Source of the DNA: Marsupella aquatica
Taxonomy: Eukaryota > Plantae > Marchantiophyta
Reading direction: 5' to 3'
NCBI GenBank assembly: GCA_973895155.1
Contig: OZ316899.1
Span: 11,808,734-11,872,733 of the forward strand
DNA length: 64,000 bases
In this document: piece after piece, positions 25,399-35,534 of the stretch
Layout of the letters: every line of letters begins with the position of its first letter
Numbering within the stretch: the first letter of the stretch is position 1
Program-made: the position numbers and the translations under genes
Notes under the pieces: generated by a model
Databases searched by the model: none
What the model saw: only the letters and a program-made list of their open reading frames with translations
What the model was told of the DNA's origin: nothing

Positions 25399-28300
25399 TT
25401 ATTCCTGATTAAAGTACCTTTTCAACCTATCATGATGCACTCTAGTAGGGAACACCTCTCCTTCAAGAGTAGCAAGCTGAATTGACCCATTAGCATAAAC
25501 CTGGTGAACAACATAAGGACCCAACCACCGAGTATGCAACTTGCCTGGAAAATGAGCATACCTACTGTCATAGAGTAATACCAGTTGTCCAGCAAGTAAA
25601 GAAGTTGGCTTCTTCAACTTCTTGTCATGATGTTGCTTCACTTGAGCTTGCTTCTTCTTCACTTGCTTGCTTGCCTCTTCCCGGATTTCCTCCAACTCCT
25701 CCAGCTGGTAAGCTCTCTCCATTAAACTCTGGTCAGCCTCCATTCTCTCCTCCACACTTACCCTCAAAGTAGGCACTTCAAACTCAACAGGTACAAGGGA
25801 GTGTTGTCCAAATACTAGGTAGAAAGGACTATGGCCGGTTGTGGTCTTGAAAGCAAGGTTGTAGGAGTACACAGCTGAGTATAATTTGTCATCCCAATCA
25901 GTCTTGTGTGCCGCCACGGTTTTGTTCAAGATCTTGCCAATGATGCCATTAGCTCTCTCCGTTAATCCATTGGCCTTGGGGTGATAGGGGGTGGTCTTCC
26001 TATGCTTAATCAAGTAATGGTTAGTGAGCTCCTCCACAACTTCATTCAAGAAGTGAGTCCCCCTATCACTAACCAGCTCTAGAGGTGGCCCAAATCTGGT
26101 AAAAATCTGTTGATACATGAACCTTGCTACTGTGAGAGCATTATCCTTGCTGGTTGGTCTTGCCTCTACCCACTTAGTAGCATAATCAGTTGCAAGAAGG
26201 ATGTATCGATTCCTTCTAGACCTGGTCACAGGAGTGATGGGACCTATGAAATCTATACCCCACTTCTCAAAAGGTGCAAGAGGTAAGATGGTGGTAAGAG
26301 GGTGATGCCTTGAGTGAGCTGGCTTACCTGTCCTTTGGCAAGGGTCACATCCCCTCACAAAAAGACTTACATCCTTATGAAGTGTTGGCCACCAATACCC
26401 TGCATCAAGAATTTTCCTTGCTGTTGTTGCACTTGCATAATGGCCACCAGCCTCCTCCTCATGCATAGCTCTCATCACAATGGAGATTTCCTTCTTCTCC
26501 AAACACCTCCTTAGTCTCCCATCAACTCCTTCCTTGTGAAGGACACCCTTCACCAATAAGTAAGGTCTGATTTTTCTCAGGAAAACAGCAGCCTCCTCTT
26601 GGTTCAAATCTCTTGGTAGCCGGGTTGTGAGAAGAAATTGGATGATATCCAAATACCATGTATCTCCTCCACTTCCCACATGAAAGAGGTCTTCATCTGG
26701 AAACTGATCATCCACCTCCTTCAAGTCCTCTTCTCCTTCAATCCTTGAGAAGAAGTCTGCATTCCCATGCTTCTTACCAGGCCTGACCCTCACCTCATAA
26801 TCAAACTCTTGGAGCAACAAGATCCACCTTGCCACTCTACCAGTTACATCAGGTTTATTCACCATATACTTGAGAGCATTGTGATCAGTATGAAAGACCA
26901 CCTTATAGCCCAACAAGTAGTGCCTAAACTTCTTACAAAAGTAGATGATTCCTAGAGCTTCTCTATCGGTTGGTGAGTAATTCTTTTCAGCTGGTGCCAA
27001 TAGTCTACTTGCAAAGTAGATAGGGTGATCCCTATTCTGGTCATCAAGTTGACTAAGCACCACACCAATACAAAAGCCAGACACATCCACATACACATGA
27101 AATTCTCTACTCCAATCTGGTGCTATCAAGATAGGGGCTTCAACCAACCTGTTCTTCAACTCCTGAAAACTTGCTAGCCTCTCAACTGAGGGTTCAACCT
27201 CAGCCCCCTTCTTAAGCATGCTGGTTAGGGGTAAAGCTACTTTAGCAAAGTCCTTAATGAACCTTCTATAGTAGTTTAAACATCCCAAGAATCCCCTCAA
27301 CTCTGTCACTGAAGTTGGAAACTTGACAGCCATCCAAACAGCAACCTTCTCTTGGTCCACTTCTATGCCCTTCTTGGATACCTTGTGGCCAAGTAGTATC
27401 CCTTCTTCCACACCAAAGAAGCACTTCCCTGGGTGAAGCTTCAAACCAACTTCCCTACATCTTTGGAAGGTCATCCTCAAATGTTCAACATGGTCCTTCC
27501 CCCTTCCAAAAACAGCAAAGTCATCTATGAATACTTCCAAGAACTTTCTCAAGTAGTCATGAAAGATATTCATCATCAACCTTTGGAACATACCAGGGGC
27601 ATTACAAAGACCAAAAGGCATCCTCCGAAAGGCATAAATCCCCCACTCAGTAGTAAAGGCTGTCTTCAACTGGTCCTCCTTCCTTATCCAAATCTGGTTG
27701 TAACCTGAGTACCCATCTAGGAAGCTATACACTTCCCAACCAGCTACTAAATCAAGTACCATATCAGTAAATGGAATGGGATAGTGGTCCTTCTTAGTGG
27801 CCTCATTGAGTTTCCTAAAGTCTTGGCAAACTCGGATCTTAGGCTTACCATCCAAGCCTGGTTTCTTTGGTACTATGACAATTGGAGAAACCCACTCACT
27901 ATTCAACACAGGATAGATGAAACCTGCTTCCAGCAATTTGTCTATCTCTTCCTTCACCATCAAGGAGTACTTGGGATTCATCCGATATTGCCTTTGTCTC
28001 ACAGGTGAAGCTCCTAGCATCAAGTCGATTCTATGCTCACCAAGTTCAGGGTTTACACCAGTAAGATCCAAGTGACTCCAAGCAAACACATCCACATATT
28101 CACCTAGCAAATCTTGGATAGTTTTCTCTTCACCTGATCCCAGGGCATTTCCCAAGTTGAAGGTCTTGTCTTGCTGGACAGAGATGGTTCTGTACTGCTC
28201 AGCTCGAATCACCTCCATCTTGTTCCTCATTGTGGAGTCAAAAGTGCCCTCAAGTTGTGCCAACCTCATGCCTCCATAGACGGGTGCATTTTCAGCACTT

Positions 28301-31300
28301 AACTCCTCCTTCTCCTTGCTTGAATGCTGGTCTTCCTGAGTCTCATCCTCCTCTGAGTTTGCAGCCTTCAATTGGTCCTCTAGCTCCTTTATCTTGAGCT
28401 TTAACAAGGCTAAGTGCTTAGCCTTTAAACTCTGGTCATTACTCCTTGTCTTGATCTCAACTTGGGCAGCACCCTTGCTGGTCTGATCAACCTCCTGAGC
28501 CATTGTGATAGTGTCTTCTTGGTTGCTCTCCTTGGCTGAGGTCTCAGCCTGCTTCACCTCCTCGAGACTGGTCACTTCACTGAGACTGGGCAGAGGTGAA
28601 TGGCTGGTAAGAGCCTCCTGCTCTTGCTCCTCTCCAAACACTTCTTCTTCAGTCCATTGGCTCACCATGTTCAACATGTATACCTCATCCTCATCAGATT
28701 CAGATTTGGTACTCAACTCATCGGAAAGTTCAGAATCATATTCATCCAACTCATCAGTAGTCTCTCCTTGATGCTTGTCATGACCCCATGAAACTGAAGT
28801 GGCTGGTTTGCCAAACCTAAACTCCTTCTTGCCCCAATCAGACACTACTTTGGCTCCATATAGCCAAGGCCTCCCAATCAAGATTGGGTAAGTAGATGGC
28901 CTTGCTGGTCTCATCACCAAGTAATTCAACAAGAACTCCTGCCCCCCAATGAGAGTAGGTACTTGAGTAAGAGTCCCCACCGGTAGCACTCTTGCTCCAT
29001 TTGCTAGCCTCATTGTCCTTGTTGTTGGCTGAAGTTTCTTGAAACCTAGTTGTTGGGCAGTAGCCTCAATCATGATATTCACACCTGAGCCTCCATCAAC
29101 TGGTACATACGAGAGTACACACCCATTTACTTGAACATCAATCTCAGGTGCTCCAAGGTCTTCACAAACCATCATCACATCAGCTGGGGTACCAACCTTT
29201 GGAAGCTTCCTTCTTCTCCTTCCTACCAACATCTCCTTCAGTTGCCTCCTATACAAAGGGTTGTCTTTGATCAGCTGCCCCACTGTAGCAGTAACCAAAC
29301 AATCTTTCACATCCTTCTTGATGTCATAAGAGGGTACCTTGCTGGTCTCTTTCTTCTCTTCCACCTCAGCTTTTTCCTTCAAAGCTTTAGCAACCTTCAG
29401 GTCTTTGTTGATGGCCTCTTGATGCTCCTTAGCCTCCATCTCCTCTAGTTGCCTCTTGACTTCCTCATTCACCTTGGGATAGAAGAGCTTCGGATGGTCT
29501 CTCTTGTAGTCACTATCTTCAGCTGGTGGGACTTGAACTTCTGCTCCAACTTCAACTTCGATTGGTGACTCCGTTGAGTGCTCCTTTCTCTCCTTCCTCT
29601 TCTTCCTCTCTTCCACTCTTTCCTTCTTTCTTGTGGACCTGGTAGACACCTTGTAACACACAGCTTCCTCCTCAGGTGTCTCCATTCCTGGTAGATCTGG
29701 CTGGTTCTCCCCACCAGCAACTTGTGTCACTCCATCTTTGGCCTCCTCTTGCCACTCCATACTCAAGAAGTTCACTGTGGCTTCACCGGGAGCCTTGGCA
29801 ACCGCTGGTGGTGGTGCTTCTATCCTTCCTATCATCATCTTGGCAGCAGATCCAATAGGACAGTTGGCTGTGGTATGACCCTCCCTTTTGCACACAGCAC
29901 AAAGAGGATAGGGAGCTCCTTGTCCCTGCCTCCTTGGTTCGGGGCAACTGTTGGAATAGTGCCCTGGTTTTTGACAGTTCCAGCAGATCACCACGGTAGT
30001 TCTTGCCACTCCCCCAGGTCCTTGAGGTCCCATTTGATCCACCATCCTTGGTTGAAGACCAGGCATCAGTTGAGGTGCCATGGGTGGAGCTGGTCTTCCT
30101 TGCAAAGTTCTTGGGCCTCCTGAAATCTGGTACACCATCTCCGGGGCTTCTTCATAGAAGTAGTCCACCACTTCACTTGCTTGATAAACATCGTTGGACT
30201 CTTCATTGACATACTGAACTTGATTCCTCCAACCTTGACACTCTTGAGGTGTATGGCCAAAACTCTTGCACTTGACACACCATACATGGGCTCTATTCAC
30301 CGGCACTTTTCTCCTATCAGGTTGCACACCAGCAAAGTGAACTGATAGGGCCTTGAGTTGGTTGGTGATCTCACTCATCTTGTTATCCATCACCTTCTTC
30401 TCCTTGGTTGCTGGTGTAGAACCTTCCACCAAGTTGAAGGTTGCAGATTTGTGGTGCTTACCACCTGGCTTCTTCTTGCTGGCTCTCCTCTTCTGGTCGC
30501 TTTTTCTCTTTGCCTTCTTCTTCTTCTTCTTCTTCTTCTTCTCGGAGTCCTCCTCAGAATCAGATTCTGAATCAGAACTGGAACTACTCTCCTCAGATTC
30601 CGACTCAGAAGTATCCTCAACTGAACTACTTGATTCACTTGAGCTAGAAGAAGAATCACTATAAGCAAATCGCTTCTTCTTTCTCCTACTCTTGGAACTA
30701 GAGATCTCAGCACTCCTATAAGACTGAGCCGCCTCAATGGCCTCATCCAACGTATTAGGGTGAGATTGCCTTACTGAGACACCCATCTTCTTGGGTAGGC
30801 TTGCCACAAACCAAGCCAACAACATGGAGTCTACTGGTCTGGGGTCAAGCTTGGTAGCTAACCTTTGAAACCTTTGCAGAAACCTCCTTACTGACTCCTT
30901 GGATCCCATTCTGATCTCTCCCATCTTGATCAGAGCTTCCGATTCTTCTCCCACCTTCCTAAACTCCTGCAAGAATGCTAGCTTGAAGGCATCCCAATCA
31001 TTCTTGATGGCATTTGATAGGCTATTGAACCAAGGTCTTGCTTCTCCTCTCAAGACCCCCGCCAAAGTGGTCAACTTAATATCAAACTCTCCATTGGCTT
31101 GGGCTGTCCCAATGAAGTCCTCCAACCAAGCATCAGGATCCTCCTTGGGCTTGCCATGGAATGTCTTGTACTGAAATCTTGCTCTTTGAGTCACCACCAT
31201 GGCTGCTTCTTGATCTTCACTTGTGTTGGTAGTGGAAGAAGATGTATCACTCCACCCTACACCAGGTTCCGCTTCAGCTTGCAAATGAATGTCCACCCAA

Positions 31301-31377
31301 TCTGGTTGCTCCAACTGGTCACCAAAGTTGAAACTAAGAGAGGCTTCTTTTAGTGCTTGACTCCTTGTAGTGGGCAT
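25399..31377 (-). CDS. Gag-Pol polyprotein, single intact ORF of about 1990 aa
   Basis: Gag core (FHGKPKEDPDAWL...W...FLQEF), three CCHC knuckles, protease VDGGSGVNIM, RT (DFRKLN, LDGYSGYNQI, MPFGLCNAP, FIDD), RNase H (VDVSG...DHNAL), integrase (HHCC, WGIDF, SDRG, ER) and GPY motif. RT-RH-INT order, no chromodomain. First ATG at 31377; frame open from 31467. Confidence 0.97.
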   Translation of the reverse strand: MPTTRSQALKEASLSFNFGDQLEQPDWVDIHLQAEAEPGVGWSDTSSSTTNTSEDQEAAMVVTQRARFQYKTFHGKPKEDPDAWLEDFIGTAQANGEFDIKLTTLAGVLRGEARPWFNSLSNAIKNDWDAFKLAFLQEFRKVGEESEALIKMGEIRMGSKESVRRFLQRFQRLATKLDPRPVDSMLLAWFVASLPKKMGVSVRQSHPNTLDEAIEAAQSYRSAEISSSKSRRKKKRFAYSDSSSSSSESSSSVEDTSESESEESSSSSDSESDSEEDSEKKKKKKKKKAKRKSDQKRRASKKKPGGKHHKSATFNLVEGSTPATKEKKVMDNKMSEITNQLKALSVHFAGVQPDRRKVPVNRAHVWCVKCKSFGHTPQECQGWRNQVQYVNEESNDVYQASEVVDYFYEEAPEMVYQISGGPRTLQGRPAPPMAPQLMPGLQPRMVDQMGPQGPGGVARTTVVICWNCQKPGHYSNSCPEPRRQGQGAPYPLCAVCKREGHTTANCPIGSAAKMMIGRIEAPPPAVAKAPGEATVNFLSMEWQEEAKDGVTQVAGGENQPDLPGMETPEEEAVCYKVSTRSTRKKERVEERKKRKERKEHSTESPIEVEVGAEVQVPPAEDSDYKRDHPKLFYPKVNEEVKRQLEEMEAKEHQEAINKDLKVAKALKEKAEVEEKKETSKVPSYDIKKDVKDCLVTATVGQLIKDNPLYRRQLKEMLVGRRRRKLPKVGTPADVMMVCEDLGAPEIDVQVNGCVLSYVPVDGGSGVNIMIEATAQQLGFKKLQPTTRTMRLANGARVLPVGTLTQVPTLIGGQEFLLNYLVMRPARPSTYPILIGRPWLYGAKVVSDWGKKEFRFGKPATSVSWGHDKHQGETTDELDEYDSELSDELSTKSESDEDEVYMLNMVSQWTEEEVFGEEQEQEALTSHSPLPSLSEVTSLEEVKQAETSAKESNQEDTITMAQEVDQTSKGAAQVEIKTRSNDQSLKAKHLALLKLKIKELEDQLKAANSEEDETQEDQHSSKEKEELSAENAPVYGGMRLAQLEGTFDSTMRNKMEVIRAEQYRTISVQQDKTFNLGNALGSGEEKTIQDLLGEYVDVFAWSHLDLTGVNPELGEHRIDLMLGASPVRQRQYRMNPKYSLMVKEEIDKLLEAGFIYPVLNSEWVSPIVIVPKKPGLDGKPKIRVCQDFRKLNEATKKDHYPIPFTDMVLDLVAGWEVYSFLDGYSGYNQIWIRKEDQLKTAFTTEWGIYAFRRMPFGLCNAPGMFQRLMMNIFHDYLRKFLEVFIDDFAVFGRGKDHVEHLRMTFQRCREVGLKLHPGKCFFGVEEGILLGHKVSKKGIEVDQEKVAVWMAVKFPTSVTELRGFLGCLNYYRRFIKDFAKVALPLTSMLKKGAEVEPSVERLASFQELKNRLVEAPILIAPDWSREFHVYVDVSGFCIGVVLSQLDDQNRDHPIYFASRLLAPAEKNYSPTDREALGIIYFCKKFRHYLLGYKVVFHTDHNALKYMVNKPDVTGRVARWILLLQEFDYEVRVRPGKKHGNADFFSRIEGEEDLKEVDDQFPDEDLFHVGSGGDTWYLDIIQFLLTTRLPRDLNQEEAAVFLRKIRPYLLVKGVLHKEGVDGRLRRCLEKKEISIVMRAMHEEEAGGHYASATTARKILDAGYWWPTLHKDVSLFVRGCDPCQRTGKPAHSRHHPLTTILPLAPFEKWGIDFIGPITPVTRSRRNRYILLATDYATKWVEARPTSKDNALTVARFMYQQIFTRFGPPLELVSDRGTHFLNEVVEELTNHYLIKHRKTTPYHPKANGLTERANGIIGKILNKTVAAHKTDWDDKLYSAVYSYNLAFKTTTGHSPFYLVFGQHSLVPVEFEVPTLRVSVEERMEADQSLMERAYQLEELEEIREEASKQVKKKQAQVKQHHDKKLKKPTSLLAGQLVLLYDSRYAHFPGKLHTRWLGPYVVHQVYANGSIQLATLEGEVFPTRVHHDRLKRYFNQE

Positions 31378-31483
31378 GCCACTCACAATCACCTTCTTAT
31401 CTCCCTTCTTCTCTTGAACAGCAAACCTGCAAACACACCTCCAAGTCTTGTGGCTCCACTCCAACAAAAACTGTAAAGAGTTG

Positions 31484-31501
31484 TCCCCGGCAGCGGCGCC
31501 A
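31484..31501 (-). other. Primer-binding site, tRNA-Asp type
   Basis: Minus strand TGGCGCCGCTGCCGGGGA, one mismatch from the Athila-type PBS TGGCGCCGTTGCCGGGGA. Confidence 0.85.
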
Positions 31502-31521
31502 AAAACAAGGGTGGGACTCTA

Positions 31522-34500
31522 TGTCAAACACTTGCCAAGGAGCTTAAGCGGCTTTTCTCCCCAAAAGACTACCTAATACCTGCTCCATGTCATACCAGGG
31601 TCACAAAGGATTGACAAAACTTCTGAAGTGTGCTTACAATGTCCAATCACTCCATACATAAGTAGTTTCAACTCTCCACTTCTAGAGAGGTAGTCCCCTT
31701 GACTACTTTTGTACTCACCCCTTCCCCTCTCCTCTACTCCAAGGATCAGCAAGGGGGATCTCCGCTCCAAGCTGTCACCTTAGAGTAGATTCTCACACAA
31801 ACACCCAAGAACCCAAAGTACTTTCCTCTTCAAGCTTAAGTCTCCTCAAGACCCTCAAAGTAGTGTTACCCCTCAACCTTGCCCCCCTGGCCTTGGTTTG
31901 GGTCCACACATCCCCTTTGAGCCCTAGAGAAGGCTCCTCTATCTAAGGACTCTTCCTCTTGTTCTTACTTCTTGTTAACACCACACACCAAGCAAAGTAC
32001 TTTCCACCCTCAAGCTATAATCCTCTCTAAGTCTCAAAGTAATGCTATACCTTAACCTTGCCTCCTTGGCCTTGGTTTTGTACTAGCACATCCCCTTCAA
32101 GCTTAGACCAAGATTATACCATAGCATGGACTCTTCTCTTGCTCTCATATACTTCAAATGCACTCACACTTAATGGTCACAATGAAGATTGGTAAGTCTC
32201 CTTTTATTGCATCACCTTTACAACAAAAGTTCACTACACATTCTCCACACTAAGCATGGACCACCTCTCCTTTCTCAAGCTTAGCCCTACCTTGGCAAGG
32301 TAGAGATTTCACTTAAGAGATGAGACTCCCGGTCCCTAACAAATGAAAACTTCCTCCTTATATACTATCTCCTTCCACATCACACCAAGCTTGACCTGGG
32401 GTCCAACTATACCTCCCCCAAGTCCTCCTAACACACAAAGTCCAACTCTATAGTTCATAGCCCACCCTACTACTTGCTATTTTGCCTCCTTCCAAGCCCT
32501 GGAATATGCCACACATGAGTGGTATGCTTTGACTTCCAAACCTACTCCCACTTATGGTCCTCCTCACCAGCTTACCAACCCACTTGAAAGCTCGCAAAAA
32601 GAGTGAGTGAGTCTCAAGTTGTGCCTAGTCAAAGTTGGCCTTATTTTACTTAACCCCTTTACTACCCTAAGTAAACTACCCCCTATATTTACTTTTCTTA
32701 ACTTGATGGCCTTACACCTTTGGCCAAAGGTAAGTACCCTTCTCTAGAGCCTAACTCAAGTGGTATGGGTGCAAGAAAGGTCAGCCCCTAAATCTGGTAT
32801 TCATTCCCCTATGCCGACTTTGGTTTGCAAGTTGTCGGGACTCCCTCGTGGCCTCGGTTAAAAATATATTTGAGTGATTACTTTTCTGGGGTTCCACCTT
32901 CACCAGGGGGTGCCTTATCTTCCCCTAACTCAGCACAAAAAAATTTGGGCCCCAACGGATACCTCTAGCCAAAGTTATGCCCATTCTCCCAAGGCCTGTT
33001 TTTGGTGTAAAGCGGGTGTAAGCGGCGGCCCGATTACACTTACCTTACATGCCCCTTATGGGGATTCCACGTGTCATGAGGGGAGAGCACTCTCATTATA
33101 CTCATGTTTCTTATGAAGAAATTGTAAGGACAGCAATGTTTGCAGCCATTTCTCTCTCGTGAATTCAATCTAAAACCACAGCATTCTCTATTGGATTCTT
33201 TCTTGTGCAGCAGTCCAGCTGATCAGCCGCCAGCCCCTCAATTTCACAGCCACCATAGCTCACAGCCAGCCTAGTCAATTTCGCAGCTAGCCCACCTCTT
33301 CAATTTTGCCGCTAGCAACACAGTCAATTTCGCAGCTAGCAGCACAGTCACATCAGCGCATTTACAGCACAACAACAGCAGATTTGAAGCACAGCAGCAG
33401 CAACCATAGCTTGATTCCTTCTCAGTCAAGCAGGTCTCTCTTCTCAATTTCGTAGCTGCCCACCTTTGCAATTTCGCAGCTAGCAGCAGCATCATTCAAT
33501 TCAGCAGCATCAAGGCAGCAGCCAGCCAATTCTCATGAGCATCTCGTGCCTGATTAGTAGGAGCACCTCTAATCTAGTGTGCAGCTGTCATAGCAGCAAG
33601 CAGCCTTCCCAATTCAAAGCCAGCAACGATCCTAATTTGCAGCCATAGCTCTTTTCCTTCTCAGCAGCCATAGCTTCTTCAATCAGCAACAGCCCTTGCT
33701 TCTTCAATCAGCAGCAGCCATTTCAATTCAGCCGCCCTTCCTTCAATTCAGCCGCCCTTGTGCTCAATTGATTCCTCAAGTAATCATGCAGCACCTTTGG
33801 ACAGCCTCCCGGTGCTTGACGTCCTCACCAGCCTCGTGCTTGCTCCTCCTTGCCTCGTGCTCGCTCCTCCTTGCCTCGTGCTCGCCGCGTGATCGTCGCC
33901 CACGCGGTTTACACTTAGAAAAAAAATACATTTTTTTTTGGAAAAACAGCATTTTGGGGCGATTTTGGACCCCCCTCCAAAACTCACACATAAGTCCAAA
34001 AGGACTTCTGAGTAGCTCCACTGATTCTATGGACATAGGACTATGTCCGGGTTTACTAAGATATAAACAAAACCCTATAACAACTTTTCTAAAATTAGGC
34101 AAAGAGGGTCAAGTCTTTATGTCTTCCAAAATTCTTCTCAACTTTGAGATGCTCCCAAAAAGTAACCAAGTGTGACAAAGTTGTCCCACAAGTTTCTAGG
34201 GATAGAGGGGACCATACTTAACCCACTTCCAAACTTGGAACCCCTACATTTACCCATCAGCTATTTTTCCCGGGACCCGCTATTTGGTAACTTTGATTTT
34301 TGCCAAAATACTTATAACTCCTAGGTTAAGACCCCACTTGACTTCATACTTTTTCAGGGTTCCCTAGGGACCTCCCAGCACCCATGGGAGAAATATCAGC
34401 CAAAAATAAGATGTCCGGTGTCGGGTCATTTTTCGGTCCCGACTTAGTCGCCTATTATAACTAAGGACGGACTAGTTTCCTGCCCCTCCTATAGTAACTT

Positions 34501-34683
34501 GCTTACCCCTAGATAACTTTGCATAACTAAATTCCCTCTTACCTCTACTAAGCTTCCCTTCTTACTTAAGTGCCCTAAACCTAGCTACTCTGATAGCACT
34601 AAAACTTTTTCCCTAACTATTTCCTCTTCTAAACGAAAGAATGTCATGTTTCTCTACACTAGCTGACACTGAGCCATCCCACA
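31522..34683 (-). repeat. 5' LTR (3162 bp)
   Basis: Near-identical to 22197-25358; one substitution noticed (24301 G vs 33626 A). Confidence 0.97.
32358..32365 (-). promoter_or_regulatory. Candidate TATA box of the 5' LTR
   Basis: Minus strand GTATATAA about 840 bp upstream of the LTR end; motif only. Confidence 0.4.
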
Positions 34684-35534
34684 CCCTCTCATTCCAAGAT
34701 TGCAGCGCCTCTATAGGTGTCCATCCATTTCTAAGATGATGACTTGGACCTCTGATCAGAAGAGTACAGATGGTTTGCAACGTCCACTAGTACATTTTTG
34801 GCGGTTTTCCGATACTCCTTTTGAGCCAAACGTCACTCATCCCATGCCAAACACTTCGGACAATATCCGATATGCCCTGCAACGTATTTTCCGATCCTGA
34901 TACCATCGGACCTACATATTCCGATGTAAAACCCATCGCATACACTGTCCCATCGTACTACTATCGGACAGTATCTGACACTAAACATATCGGAAACTAT
35001 GTCGCCATGACCGCATAATTGGTCCGAACCTTAATGCATCGCAAGATGTTTGCGTTGGTAGTTGTATCGGACTAGGACCGTCACGGAATGCATCGGATAT
35101 TTGTGTCCGTTGGGTTTAGGGTTGGATAGTTTGTGCGTAAAAAATGATGTCGGACATTGTCCGTCGGATGTTGGATCGGATATCTCGTCAACAAAGGAGG
35201 AGAAGGTGTCCGTTGTGGAGAGGATCGGAAATGTGTGTCCAATGGGTTTTATATGGAATAGTCCGTAGTTGGGAGTATCGGTCTGGTTTCTGTTTTTAGA
35301 AGGTGCAATGGAAATCCGATGGCTTTTTCATGGGATGGTCAATGGGACATAAGGCGGGGGGATTCTTAGGAAGGGTATATAAGGTAAGGACACTTCTATA
35401 TATAACCAAGAGATTTTGGGCATGTGCATACCATGACAATTAAAGAAGTAATGATGCCAACTTTTATATTGCTGATTAAAAAAAACATGAAGGTGGTGTG
35501 GTTTGGGGGGGGGGCTAGCTACATACAAAATATA

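Larger units (their letters stand above)
22197..34683 (-). mobile_element. Full-length, very young Ty3/Gypsy (non-chromovirus, Athila/Tat-related) LTR retrotransposon, 12487 bp
   Basis: Two 3162-bp LTRs (TG...CA), perfect 5-bp TSD CCCTC (22192-22196, 34684-34688), intact gag-pol, PBS and PPT. Confidence 0.98.

Noticed and set aside
26314-31353. Many plus-strand ORFs opposite gag-pol and opposite the transposases
   Set aside because: Antisense shadows of long coding regions, with no motifs.
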